Origin: an uncultured Prochlorococcus sp.
GTDB taxonomy: Bacteria; Cyanobacteriota; Cyanobacteriia; PCC-6307; Cyanobiaceae
Length of the DNA stretch: 64,000 nucleotides
Direction: 5' to 3'
NCBI GenBank assembly: GCA_902536455.1
Contig: CACAXN010000003.1
Location: 18,435 to 82,434 of the forward strand
The notes beneath the pieces are model-generated. The model made no database searches. It was not told where the DNA came from and was given only the letters and a program-made list of their open reading frames with translations. Positions 42,430 through 52,981 of this stretch are shown piece after piece (within the stretch, counting starts at the first letter, position 1; the number at the start of each line of letters is the position of its first letter). The translations under genes and the position numbers were made by a program.

Positions 42430-43140
42430 CTAAGTCTCGGTGCTTCCTTTCCTTACTTTTTTTGTAATGTAATTGAATACAATCTTGCCTAAAACAGCAA
42501 TCAAGTTCCCTTCAAGCTCTTTAAACATTTTCATATTGTAAGTAAAAGCTTGATTAGCTTCATCAATAATTTGATCAGCAGTCTTTTGATTTATTGGAAG
42601 TTGATTCAAAGTAAGGGAATATTCTTCCTTGAATTTCTTTTCATCAGCAATTAATTCAAACTCATAAAAATTTAAACCATCATTTCCCTTTAAATTTAGG
42701 GCTTTTTTAGCGATCCTTTTCAAAATTTGTCCCCCAGATAAATCTCCTATATAGCGAGTGTAGTGGTGACCAACCAATAGCTCTGGTGAATTCTTTGCGA
42801 CCTCTCGGATTCTTTCAACATATTCTTTTGCTGATTGAGAAATATTAATTTCATTCTTCCAGTTTTCACCAAAATAAAATTTAAGATCGTTTACAATTGT
42901 CTCTTTCCTGAATAATGATTTAAAACCTATAGGTTTTATTACGGGATGTTCCTCATTGACCAGTCTTTCAATTTCTTCTTCCATAGCTTCATAAACAAAA
43001 TATAAATCACTAATTAATTTTCTATAAGATTTTTTTTCAACAACTCCTTTCAAAAAACAAGCCACAAAGCCAGTATTTTCTGCCATAGTGTGGGATTTTT
43101 TCGTCCCTTCTCTTAATTGTCCTGCAAGAGCGACTGCCAT
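42430..43140 (-). CDS. ho1: Heme oxygenase
   Basis: LREGTKKSHTMAEN, HHYTRYIGDLSGGQ. Confidence 0.96.
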   Translation of the reverse strand: MAVALAGQLREGTKKSHTMAENTGFVACFLKGVVEKKSYRKLISDLYFVYEAMEEEIERLVNEEHPVIKPIGFKSLFRKETIVNDLKFYFGENWKNEINISQSAKEYVERIREVAKNSPELLVGHHYTRYIGDLSGGQILKRIAKKALNLKGNDGLNFYEFELIADEKKFKEEYSLTLNQLPINQKTADQIIDEANQAFTYNMKMFKELEGNLIAVLGKIVFNYITKKVRKGSTET

Positions 43141-43197
43141 ATATTTTGAATTATTTTTGTAAGTGTATTTAATCTACAAGGAAAATACATAAAACAG

Positions 43198-43629
43198 CTA
43201 ATTTTTGTTACCAGCGGATGTTGTAGAGAATAGCTTATAAAGTTCTTTACAAACCAAAAAAAGGTTATCTTTTTGTTTCTTTTGCGGTAGATGAGTGCCA
43301 GTCATTTCCCAATCACCGATTGTAGCCACTCTCCATCTTTCGGATGGAACAATCATACCTCGCATTGTTATTCCCAACAATTTCGGGACTCTGTCATTAT
43401 TATCATTTTCAATTCTTAATTGTAAAAGTATTGCTCTACATTCAATAAGAGGACTCCAACCAGGAAAATGAAAAGCAAAATCAATAGTATCTTGCATGGA
43501 ATCATTTTTTGAAGTGTCCCAGGGACTAAAGTTTACGCTTGCATCTGGAAAATATTTCCGAAACAAAGCTGCGGTAGAGGCAATTTTATTAGCTATTTCA
43601 ACATTACTTACAGTTGAACTCGCATTCAT
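43198..43629 (-). CDS. Hypothetical protein
   Basis: 143-aa ORF with DTIDFAFHFPGWS; co-oriented upstream of ho1. Confidence 0.75.
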   Translation of the reverse strand: MNASSTVSNVEIANKIASTAALFRKYFPDASVNFSPWDTSKNDSMQDTIDFAFHFPGWSPLIECRAILLQLRIENDNNDRVPKLLGITMRGMIVPSERWRVATIGDWEMTGTHLPQKKQKDNLFLVCKELYKLFSTTSAGNKN

Positions 43630-43839
43630 AAGTGGCTGAGTATTTTTTTGAAAATGACATAATTTGCTTTAACTTGCTTATTAACTACTTTTTCTTTTAA
43701 TAAAGATGTTGAAATGCTGATCAATAAAGTATTCTCTATTCACATTTGAATAATAAATTTCTAGGTTTTAAAGAAAATAACTCATTGCAAATTACAATAC
43801 GAGGAACTTCAATGAGTTCTCTTTTATTAGTTCAATTCT

Positions 43840-45264
43840 ATGCCAAAATTTGAAAAATTAACTTTACCTGATGAAGGCGAAATAATAACTTTTAGTCAAG
43901 GCAAACCAAACGTTCCTAATAATCCAATTGTCCCATTTATTAGGGGTGATGGAACTGGAGTTGATATTTGGCCCGCTACTCAAATCGTTCTTGATTCAGC
44001 GATTAAAAAAAGCTATGGAGATGATAGAAAAATTAATTGGTTTAAAGTCTATGCAGGCGATGAAGCTTGTGAACTTTATGGAACATATAATTATCTCCCT
44101 GAAGATACTATTGAAGCAATTAAACACTTTGGTGTAGCCATCAAAGGTCCTTTAACGACTCCCATCGGTGGAGGTATTAGATCTCTTAATGTTGCACTAA
44201 GGCAAATCTTTGATTTGTATAGTTGTGTTAGACCATGTAAATATTATTCAGGAACTCCAAGCCCTCACAAAAATCCCCAAAATTTAGATGTTGTTGTTTA
44301 TAGAGAAAATACTGAGGATATCTACATGGGAATTGAATGGGAAGCAGAGGATAATAATTGTCTTGAATTAATTAATCACTTAAATAACTTTGTTATACCA
44401 AAAAGTAAAAATTTAAAAAATAGATCCATACCAAACGGATCAGGTATTGGAATAAAACCAGTAAGTAAATCTGGTAGCCAAAGGCATATTAGAAAAGCTA
44501 TTGAACATGCTAAAAGATTATCAGGAGATAAAAGGCATGTGACTCTAGTACATAAAGGGAATATTATGAAATATACAGAAGGTGCATTTAGAGATTGGGG
44601 ATATGAATTAGCAGTAAATGAATTTAGAGAGGATTGTATTACAGAAAGAGAAAGCTGGATTTTAGATAATATTCAGAAAAATCCGGAAATTACGATTGAA
44701 AATAATGCTCGAAAAATTGAACCAGGTTTTGACAAGCTTACAAATAACAAAAAAGCATTCATTTGCGAAGAAATTAAAGAAGTTATTGCATCAATATCAA
44801 ATTCACACGGAGATGGGAAATGGAGAGAACTTATCCTTGTTGATGATCGTATAGCTGATAGTATATTTCAACAAATTCAAACTAGACCTCAAGAATATTC
44901 AATTCTTGCAACATTAAACCTAAATGGCGACTATGTTTCTGATGCAGCTGCAGCAATTGTTGGAGGCCTAGGTATGGCTCCCGGTGCAAATATTGGAGAC
45001 AATGCAGCAATTTTCGAAGCTACACACGGTACCGCTCCAAAACATGCAGGCTTAAACAAGATTAATCCAGGCTCAGTAATTCTTAGTGGTGTAATGATGC
45101 TCGAATATTTTGGTTGGGATGAAGCAGCTAATTTAATTACTAGTGGTTTAAGTAAGGCAATAGAGCAAAAAAAAGTCACCTATGATCTAGCACGCTTAAT
45201 GGAACCAAAAGTAGAACCCTTATCATGCAGCAGTTTTGCTGAAGAAATTATCTCAAATTTCTAA
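43840..45264 (+). CDS. icd: NADP-dependent isocitrate dehydrogenase
   Basis: IKGPLTTPIGGGIRSLNV, RENTEDIY, HKGNIMK, FEATHGTAPK. Confidence 0.97.
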   Translation: MPKFEKLTLPDEGEIITFSQGKPNVPNNPIVPFIRGDGTGVDIWPATQIVLDSAIKKSYGDDRKINWFKVYAGDEACELYGTYNYLPEDTIEAIKHFGVAIKGPLTTPIGGGIRSLNVALRQIFDLYSCVRPCKYYSGTPSPHKNPQNLDVVVYRENTEDIYMGIEWEAEDNNCLELINHLNNFVIPKSKNLKNRSIPNGSGIGIKPVSKSGSQRHIRKAIEHAKRLSGDKRHVTLVHKGNIMKYTEGAFRDWGYELAVNEFREDCITERESWILDNIQKNPEITIENNARKIEPGFDKLTNNKKAFICEEIKEVIASISNSHGDGKWRELILVDDRIADSIFQQIQTRPQEYSILATLNLNGDYVSDAAAAIVGGLGMAPGANIGDNAAIFEATHGTAPKHAGLNKINPGSVILSGVMMLEYFGWDEAANLITSGLSKAIEQKKVTYDLARLMEPKVEPLSCSSFAEEIISNF

Positions 45265-46616
45265 TTTTGAAAATTATTTTCTTTTTCAAAAACTTTCCAA
45301 ATATTAACCAGTGAATCTTTATTTCCAATGTTTCCAGGATGAGTAATAACAGGAAGTTTTTCGCCATTTTTTAGGTTGTAAGTCACCACTGAAATGCCTG
45401 TTAAAATCTGTCCTTCAAGATAAACATAATCTGCATTAAGTCCATTACTAAGAATCAAATTTGTTGTAATTCCACCTTTTGAAATCAAATATCCTATTTC
45501 ATACTTCAAATCTGCGACTAATTCAGCAATAAAACAAGCAAGTAAATTATAAAAATTAAATATTTCAGAAGAATCTAAGGACATAAATTTTCTTGAAGTA
45601 AACAAAACAGGAGTTTTTCCTTTCTCAAAAGAATATCTAATTTCTTTCAAAAATTTATTTTTAAACAAATTCCTTTGCTTCTGATTATTATCTGATGAAG
45701 TAATTTTAAAAAATTCAAAAACATCTAATTCAACTGGATTGCAATAACTTATCTTTAATAAATTATTCAATTGTATTGTTGAGAGTTCTAAATAAGATCC
45801 AACAATTATCAGTCCTGGAAGAAAACTCTTATCTTTATTTCTTATTCTTAAACTAGAGAAAAATATTGCACTTTTGGAGACACTTTTTTTCTCAGAAATT
45901 GAACTTATAAAACTTGCTGCAGTTCGAAAGAGGAATTTTTTTTGTTTAATTAATTTTTTAATTACTAAAGAAAATTTTTTTAGTTGAGAATAATTTTCTA
46001 CATCTACAATTAAATGTTTATTATTCTTCAAGTTCTTGAGTCTTTTGAAGACAATATTATTTTCTTCATCATTTAGCATTTTGATATCTGACAATAAAAG
46101 ATTTTGAATATCATCTAAATTTATTTGAGATTTACTATGCTGAAATAGAAGCTCCTTGACATTACTTGTCGCGTATCCAAAAATTTTATCTCTTGCAAAA
46201 ATTGTTTGATTTATCGGGGTTTTATCTACAAAGTGTGATCCATTAACTGTAAATCTTTTACCCTCTATAAAAGCTGGAATATGAAAAGTAGCATCAAAAG
46301 GGCCTATGTAACTATTTAGGGAATTTGGCTCTAAAAAGTTATGTCCCCTAAGAGTAGAGTCTCCTCTACTAATAAAAATAATTTCTTCTTCATAGGCATG
46401 AGAGGCAATAACATTCTTAAGATTTTTGCAAATTTCCTCTATTGTTAATTTCGCATCATTTTCAGAAAGTGACCTTGTATTAGCCAAAATAAAAAATAAA
46501 TTAGATTTAGATTCAAAACCTTTGACTAAAGTTGAGCAGTCCCACTTAAGCAGTAATAAGCAATCATGAACAGTTTGAGAACCTGTGGGATCATCATCTA
46601 TAACGACAAATTTCAT
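45261..46616 (-). CDS. Four-carbon acid sugar kinase family protein (DUF1537)
   Basis: DDDPTGSQ, RGDSTLRG, SKGGIT, PGNIG. Confidence 0.85.
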   Translation of the reverse strand: MKFVVIDDDPTGSQTVHDCLLLLKWDCSTLVKGFESKSNLFFILANTRSLSENDAKLTIEEICKNLKNVIASHAYEEEIIFISRGDSTLRGHNFLEPNSLNSYIGPFDATFHIPAFIEGKRFTVNGSHFVDKTPINQTIFARDKIFGYATSNVKELLFQHSKSQINLDDIQNLLLSDIKMLNDEENNIVFKRLKNLKNNKHLIVDVENYSQLKKFSLVIKKLIKQKKFLFRTAASFISSISEKKSVSKSAIFFSSLRIRNKDKSFLPGLIIVGSYLELSTIQLNNLLKISYCNPVELDVFEFFKITSSDNNQKQRNLFKNKFLKEIRYSFEKGKTPVLFTSRKFMSLDSSEIFNFYNLLACFIAELVADLKYEIGYLISKGGITTNLILSNGLNADYVYLEGQILTGISVVTYNLKNGEKLPVITHPGNIGNKDSLVNIWKVFEKENNFQN

Positions 46617-46629
46617 GAGTATTGCATAA

Positions 46630-47484
46630 TTACTTAAATGATTTTATTTGTATTGAGGCATTTAAACTTTTACTATCATTTGAAGGAATCATAATTTTTC
46701 TAAATCCATCTACAAAAGAATTTCGTGGACTAGTCCAAGGTTCGAGACATATCATTCTTCTTGGAGGATTGCTCCAAATAACGCCTAAATCAAAAGGATA
46801 TGGATGATTTAAAGTTACCTCTCTTTTAAAAATTTTATCTCGAAAAGAGCTTCTACCGAAAGTATACATAAGCAGATCAACTCCTAGATTAATTTTATTC
46901 AATTCATCCAATGTATTACTTATAATATTTCTTTCTTGATCCTGACAATTAAGTGGATTATCAATAAAATCTAAATTTCTGAAATCTGAAACATTAAAAT
47001 AAGGATGCAAACCAAAATTTATAGGCATAGCAAGGTCTGTTTTGTTATGGATTGTAATTTCAAATTCTAAACAATTAATCCTTAAGGTAACTTCTATTCT
47101 TAGTTCGAAATCGAAAGGATAATATTTTTTGGTTTTTTTAGATGCATTTAAAAATAAACATAAACATTTTTCATTTTCATTGAAGGAGTATCGCCATTGC
47201 ATATCCCTCGCGAATCCATGTTGTGGTAGTTGCAAATAACCATTTCCAAATACTGAATTAGAGGTATTGAGATTTCCACATATTGGAAACAAGATTGGAA
47301 TACCTCCCCTAATACTTTTTGTCTTATCCATAAATCTTTTTTCATCAAAATAAAGAATTTCATTACCATCCGAAACCCAATTTGTAATAACGCCTCCTCT
47401 TTTAGGACAAAATTTAATGTAGTTCTTTTTATCTAATTGAAAGACAAAAATTTCTTGGTCTTTATTAAATAATTCAAGTTTCAC
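46630..47484 (-). CDS. Aldose 1-epimerase / galactose mutarotase-like protein
   Basis: RGGIPILFP, HGFAR, GLHPYF, CLEPW. Confidence 0.9.
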   Translation of the reverse strand: MKLELFNKDQEIFVFQLDKKNYIKFCPKRGGVITNWVSDGNEILYFDEKRFMDKTKSIRGGIPILFPICGNLNTSNSVFGNGYLQLPQHGFARDMQWRYSFNENEKCLCLFLNASKKTKKYYPFDFELRIEVTLRINCLEFEITIHNKTDLAMPINFGLHPYFNVSDFRNLDFIDNPLNCQDQERNIISNTLDELNKINLGVDLLMYTFGRSSFRDKIFKREVTLNHPYPFDLGVIWSNPPRRMICLEPWTSPRNSFVDGFRKIMIPSNDSKSLNASIQIKSFK

Positions 47485-47493
47485 AATTATTAC

Positions 47494-48393
47494 TCAAAGA
47501 GAATCAACCCAATCCAAAATATGCTGATTAACTAATTCAGGTATCTCATCATGCGGACAATGTCCTGCGTCAAGAATAATTTCTTTTGTATTCTTTGGTG
47601 TAAATTTTTTATATAGATTTCTTTTTTTTGGAGTGTTCATCCATGGATCTTTCCCTCCCCAAAGAAGTAATAATGGTGCATCTAGTTTTGCGAATAACTT
47701 ATCCAATGGTAATCCCTGAGGACCTGATGGGTTAAATACACTTCTAAAAACATTAAAAGCTCCGAAATCTAGCGAAGGCTTTCTTATTGACTCAACTAAA
47801 AAATCATCAACATTTTTTTTATCAACATAAACTTGATTTAAAGTTTTTTTAATATTTTTTGAATTTCTCATATTCTCAAAAATTAAACGTTGAAGAACAA
47901 TATTTTTCAAAAATATGCCGGCAACTGTCTCAATTGAAGTTTGTAACATATTCTTTTTGATAGTTTTTTCTTCACTGAAATATCCAGCAGCATTAAGTAA
48001 TATCACTCCTGCGTTTAGCTCATTTAATTCTGCACCAGCTGCTAATGCTGCATAACCACCTAATGAATTTCCAACAACAATTGTAGGTTTTTTTATTTTC
48101 TCTTTTATATAAGCGACAACCTGATCTTTCCATAAAGATCCTGAGTATTCGACGTCTTGAGGCTTAGGACTTTTTCCAAAACCTAGTAAATCTATAGCAT
48201 GAACTTCATATTTTGTACTCAAAACAGGGATATTAAATCTCCAATGATCCGTTGAAGCACCGAAACCATGAATTAATAAAATTGCGTAATCTTTTGAAAT
48301 TTGTTCGGGATTAGCTGAAACAGTATGTATTGGATAATTTAAAAAATTCCAGTCATAATTTACATCACTATCTATCAGTGCTGATTTTTCCAT
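47494..48393 (-). CDS. Alpha/beta fold hydrolase
   Basis: HGFG, GNSLGG nucleophile elbow, AGHCPHDE. Confidence 0.92.
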   Translation of the reverse strand: MEKSALIDSDVNYDWNFLNYPIHTVSANPEQISKDYAILLIHGFGASTDHWRFNIPVLSTKYEVHAIDLLGFGKSPKPQDVEYSGSLWKDQVVAYIKEKIKKPTIVVGNSLGGYAALAAGAELNELNAGVILLNAAGYFSEEKTIKKNMLQTSIETVAGIFLKNIVLQRLIFENMRNSKNIKKTLNQVYVDKKNVDDFLVESIRKPSLDFGAFNVFRSVFNPSGPQGLPLDKLFAKLDAPLLLLWGGKDPWMNTPKKRNLYKKFTPKNTKEIILDAGHCPHDEIPELVNQHILDWVDSL

Positions 48394-48437
48394 TTATTAA
48401 AGATCATTTTGTTATTCGATTCTAATAAACTTATTTC

Positions 48438-49805
48438 CTAAAGAAGACCCACAGGATCAGCTGCAACATCATCTGAAATTTTATTGCCATCATTTGGGGG
48501 CTTATCTTTTAGAACAATTCTCAAGAGAACAGGTGCAAGAAATGTAGTTCCTATAACCATTAACAAAATAGCTGCTTCAAGGGAGGGAGTTAACAACTTA
48601 GCGCTTGTTCCTAGTCCAAGAAAAATTAAACCAACCTCTCCTCTAGGCATCATACCCAAACCTACAACTAATCTATTTGTAGGTTTATCACTTGAAAATA
48701 CCCATCCTGCCGCAATTTTTCCAATAATTGCTACAACCAATAAAAATCCTGCAACTACGAGAGCTGACCTACTTGCTGGATCAAGTGGATTGATAACTGA
48801 TAAATCCATTCCAGCTCCCACCAATACAAAGAAAATTGTTGCGAATAGGGATACTAAAGGCAAAACGGATTGTTGAATTGCGTGATTATTTTTAGAACTA
48901 CTAAGAATTAATCCAGCTGCAAAAGCACCTAAAGCTGCTTCCAATCCAATGGCTGTTGCTACAAAACAACATAGTACAAGTATCACAAAAGATGCCACCA
49001 CCACAGCTCCAGGTGCTTTCAATCTATCTAATAACCAATCAAATCCTGGTGCTGCTGTTCTACTTAATGCGATAGCTGCAATAACAAATACTACTGCTGC
49101 AGCAACTAATTTAACGATAGGAGCAATTTCTAAAGAACCTCCTGCAGCTAGGGCGACTACAACTGCAAGAATCACAATACCCAAAATATCATCCAAAACA
49201 GCCGCTCCAATAACAATCTGTCCTTCTCTAGTTTTTAAATATCCTAATTCACCGAAAACACTTGCAGTAATTCCTATACTTGTTGCTGTCATAGATGCTC
49301 CAGCAAAAACTGCTGGAATCAGATCTACTTGGAAAATGAACATTAATCCTAGAGTTCCAAAGGCAAACGGTAGAATAACTCCCGCCATTGCGACAGTGAA
49401 AGCTTGCGCACCGACAGCTACCAATTCCTCTAACTCACTTTCTAATCCGGTTAAAAATAAAAGCGCATATAACCCAAGTGTTGCTACAGCTTGGAGGGAT
49501 GGAAAACTTTCGAAATAAACATCAGGCACTGCTTCTGGGGGAATTGAAGCTAATGAACTAATAACATTTACAAGTCCCTCATTTAGTTCAGTTCCAGCAG
49601 AGGGCGGTATTAATAAATGGAATCCTGATGCGCCTATTACAACCCCTGCAAGAAGCTCACCTACAATTGTTGGTAAACTCAGTCTTACTAAAACTTCTGC
49701 TAATGCTCTTGCTGCTAAAAAGATCAATAGAAATCTTATAACTCCGATCAACGTCTCAGCAACTTCTAAATCATGTGCACTTAATTCAGCAAGTAAAGAA
49801 TACAT
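48438..49805 (-). CDS. CPA2 Na+/H+ antiporter (NhaS3-like)
   Basis: GELLAGV, GLES, ATSIGIT, AAVLDD, GMMPRGEV. Confidence 0.9.
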   Translation of the reverse strand: MYSLLAELSAHDLEVAETLIGVIRFLLIFLAARALAEVLVRLSLPTIVGELLAGVVIGASGFHLLIPPSAGTELNEGLVNVISSLASIPPEAVPDVYFESFPSLQAVATLGLYALLFLTGLESELEELVAVGAQAFTVAMAGVILPFAFGTLGLMFIFQVDLIPAVFAGASMTATSIGITASVFGELGYLKTREGQIVIGAAVLDDILGIVILAVVVALAAGGSLEIAPIVKLVAAAVVFVIAAIALSRTAAPGFDWLLDRLKAPGAVVVASFVILVLCCFVATAIGLEAALGAFAAGLILSSSKNNHAIQQSVLPLVSLFATIFFVLVGAGMDLSVINPLDPASRSALVVAGFLLVVAIIGKIAAGWVFSSDKPTNRLVVGLGMMPRGEVGLIFLGLGTSAKLLTPSLEAAILLMVIGTTFLAPVLLRIVLKDKPPNDGNKISDDVAADPVGLL

Positions 49806-49955
49806 TTAAGTGTAAAAAATAAACTACCTTATTGGAAGATAGTTTATTGAGGGCCCACTTTAAGAAATATGTAAGAAAAAAGCAAAAATACTCAACAAGT
49901 GTGGATCTGAAGTTACAACAAAGAAATTTTCTAAAAAATGGCTATTGTCAGATAT

Positions 49956-52502
49956 ATGGCCAATCCAATGAATTCCAACAAACCCTTCGATCTACGTTTG
50001 CCTACCCCGGGATGCTACTTAGATCCTGAGAAAGCTGGCATGGATTCTGATGCTGTTTTCCAAGGAATGACCGCCCATCTCTTCTATACGCTCGGAAAGT
50101 TAGCCACTTCTGCAAGTCCTCACGACTTATATATGGCATTAAGTTATGCAGTTAAAGATAGACTAATGACAAGATATTTAGCCAGTCAAGAAGTTATAAG
50201 GAAAAAACCACAAAAAACAGTCGCCTACTTATCAGCGGAATTTTTAATAGGCCCTCAGTTAAGTAATAATCTACTCAATCTTGGAATAACTCAAGAGGCA
50301 GAAGATGCTTTAAAGAGATTTGGAATTGAATCATTGTCAACAATTCTTGAAGTTGAAGAGGAGCCAGGATTAGGTAATGGTGGACTTGGGAGACTTGCAG
50401 CATGTTACATGGAATCATTAGCATCATTACAAGTTCCAGCAGTTGGTTATGGTATTCGATACGAATTTGGCATATTCAATCAGTTAATTAGAGATGGGTG
50501 GCAAGTAGAAGTTACTGACAAATGGCTTAAAGGTGGCTGGCCATGGGAACTTCCACAACCGGACGAATCATGTTTCGTTGGTTTTGGAGGCAGAACTGAA
50601 AGTTACAGAGATGATAAAGGAAATTACAGATCAAGATGGATACCTTCGGAACATGCAATTGGAGTACCTCATGATGTTCCAGTTTTGGGATATAGAGTAA
50701 ATACATGTGACAGATTAAGATTATGGAGAGCTGATGCAACAGAAAGTTTTGACTTTTATGCATTCAATATCGGTGATTATTATGGTGCAGTAGAAGAAAA
50801 AGTAGCATCTGAAACTCTTTCAAAAGTTCTATATCCAAATGATGGAACTGACGAAGGTAGAAGGTTAAGACTCAAACAACAACACTTTTTTGTAAGTTGT
50901 TCTCTTCAAGACATGTTGAGAAGTCTTGAAAAAAGATCAATACCAATAACAGAATTTCCAAAGCATTGGACAGTCCAATTGAATGATACGCATCCTGCTA
51001 TTGCAGTTGCAGAATTAATGCGACTTCTTATTGACCAATACCAAATAGGATGGGAACAAGCTTGGAACATAACAACCTCCTCAGTTGCTTACACCAACCA
51101 TACATTATTACCAGAAGCTTTAGAGAAATGGGATTTAGGATTATTCAATGATCTTCTTCCTCGACATTTAGAAATTATTTATGAAATCAATTGGAGATTC
51201 CTACAACAATTAAGACTACGTTATCCTGGTGATGACAAAATCCTTCAAAAACTCTCAATAATTGATGAAGAAGGCTCTAAATCAGTTCGGATGGCTCACT
51301 TAGCTACAATTGGAGCACACCATATCAATGGAGTCGCAGCTCTTCACTCTGATTTAATAAAAAGACAACTTCTTCCTGAATTCGCAGCACTATGGCCTGA
51401 AAAATTTACAAATGTGACTAATGGGGTTACTCCAAGGAGATGGGTCGCTCTTTCTAATCCATCATTATCTATCCTTTTAGAAGAAGAAGTTGGTCCTAAT
51501 TGGATAACAAATATGGAACTTCTTAAGAAGTTAGAAGAAAAAAAAGATGACCACAACTTTTTACAAAAATTTGAGGAAACTAAATTAAATGGAAAAAGGA
51601 AATTAGCTAGCTTTATCCATTCAAAAACTGGAATACTCGTAGATCCATCAAGTTTATTTGATGTTCAAGTAAAAAGAATTCATCAATATAAAAGACAACA
51701 TTTAAACGCCTTACAAATTATTGCTCAGTATTTAAGAATCAAAAATAATACAAACAAGTTTGAAGTCCCAAGAACAATAATATTTGGAGGTAAAGCTGCA
51801 CCAGGTTACTTTATGGCAAAGCTAATGATTAGATTCATTAATGGTATTGCTGATGTAGTTAATTCTGATCCAGATATGGATGGTTTATTAAGGGTTGTTT
51901 TTTTACCAGACTATAACGTAAAACTCGGAGAAATAGTTTATCCAGCAACGGATCTTTCAGAACAAATCTCAACTGCTGGGAAAGAAGCATCTGGAACTGG
52001 AAATATGAAGTTTGCTATGAATGGTGCGCTCACTATTGGAACCTTAGATGGAGCTAATGTGGAATTAAGAGATCTTGTGAAAAAAGAGAATTTCTTTCTT
52101 TTTGGTAAAACTGAAAGCGAAATTATGGATTTAAAAAATAATAATTACTCCCCTAAAACTTTCATTGATAAATGTCCAGAGCTTAAAGAGGTTATACGTC
52201 TTATTGAAATTGGACATTTTAGCAATGGTGATAAAGAATTATTTAAACCTTTATTAAATAGCTTGACTGGACATGACCCATTTTTTGTGATGGCAGACTT
52301 TGAAGATTACTTAAATAAACAAGATGTAGTCAGTGAATGCTGGAATAATAAAAAATCTTGGAACAAAATGGCATTATTAAATACTGCTAGATCAGGATAT
52401 TTTTCTTCAGATAGATCTATTAGAGAGTACTGTAATTCTATTTGGAAAGTCTCTCCAATGCCAGTAGAAATTACTTGCGATGTAGAGGAATTAACTAATT
52501 AA
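49956..52502 (+). CDS. glgP: Glycogen/alpha-glucan phosphorylase
   Basis: GLGNGGLGRLAAC, QLNDTHP, EASGTGNMK (PLP lysine); start uncertain (49938/49956/49968). Confidence 0.97.
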   Translation: MANPMNSNKPFDLRLPTPGCYLDPEKAGMDSDAVFQGMTAHLFYTLGKLATSASPHDLYMALSYAVKDRLMTRYLASQEVIRKKPQKTVAYLSAEFLIGPQLSNNLLNLGITQEAEDALKRFGIESLSTILEVEEEPGLGNGGLGRLAACYMESLASLQVPAVGYGIRYEFGIFNQLIRDGWQVEVTDKWLKGGWPWELPQPDESCFVGFGGRTESYRDDKGNYRSRWIPSEHAIGVPHDVPVLGYRVNTCDRLRLWRADATESFDFYAFNIGDYYGAVEEKVASETLSKVLYPNDGTDEGRRLRLKQQHFFVSCSLQDMLRSLEKRSIPITEFPKHWTVQLNDTHPAIAVAELMRLLIDQYQIGWEQAWNITTSSVAYTNHTLLPEALEKWDLGLFNDLLPRHLEIIYEINWRFLQQLRLRYPGDDKILQKLSIIDEEGSKSVRMAHLATIGAHHINGVAALHSDLIKRQLLPEFAALWPEKFTNVTNGVTPRRWVALSNPSLSILLEEEVGPNWITNMELLKKLEEKKDDHNFLQKFEETKLNGKRKLASFIHSKTGILVDPSSLFDVQVKRIHQYKRQHLNALQIIAQYLRIKNNTNKFEVPRTIIFGGKAAPGYFMAKLMIRFINGIADVVNSDPDMDGLLRVVFLPDYNVKLGEIVYPATDLSEQISTAGKEASGTGNMKFAMNGALTIGTLDGANVELRDLVKKENFFLFGKTESEIMDLKNNNYSPKTFIDKCPELKEVIRLIEIGHFSNGDKELFKPLLNSLTGHDPFFVMADFEDYLNKQDVVSECWNNKKSWNKMALLNTARSGYFSSDRSIREYCNSIWKVSPMPVEITCDVEELTN

Positions 52503-52950
52503 TATTTTTCTTATCTGGTGAATCGGGGGTTTGATGAAATAATCTATTCAAAATTAATCGATCCATATTTAATGGGTCTGGCGCCAATTCATTTGCAATT
52601 TCTTTAAATTTTGATTCAATACTATTTGAAATTTTTGTATCAAATATCCTTTCCATTAATGCTTCAATTGAATATAAATAGGCATTAACACTTTCAAGTT
52701 CATCTAAAGCTTCAGTAATTTCTGTACTAGAAATTTGTTTTTCTTCTGAACTGTTATCTGCATTTGATTCTCTATCAGATAATTCTCTCTGCAACTCATG
52801 AGTAACCTTAGTACAAAGAGTTCTAAAAGATTGAATAGATGCCCAATTCAATTCTTGTTGCTGCTTAAAAGTAGGAAATTCTCTAATCAGACGATCATGT
52901 TCCTTATAAAATCTCTGACAATCAGAGCATTGACATGGTTCTTCAGCCAA
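52495..52950 (-). CDS. Hypothetical protein with N-terminal CxCxxC motif
   Basis: CQCSDCQRF then helical region; TTG start. Confidence 0.75.
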   Translation of the reverse strand: MAEEPCQCSDCQRFYKEHDRLIREFPTFKQQQELNWASIQSFRTLCTKVTHELQRELSDRESNADNSSEEKQISSTEITEALDELESVNAYLYSIEALMERIFDTKISNSIESKFKEIANELAPDPLNMDRLILNRLFHQTPDSPDKKNIN

Positions 52951-52981
52951 AAGAAAATATAATTCTTCTTATATCATCTCA

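Noticed and set aside
43630-43839. Possible NtcA site upstream of icd
   Set aside because: No convincing GTA-N8-TAC match found by eye
48484-49518. Long antisense ORFs (130 and 189 aa) opposite the Na+/H+ antiporter
   Set aside because: Ala/Thr/Ile-rich mirror of hydrophobic codon usage; no independent coding evidence
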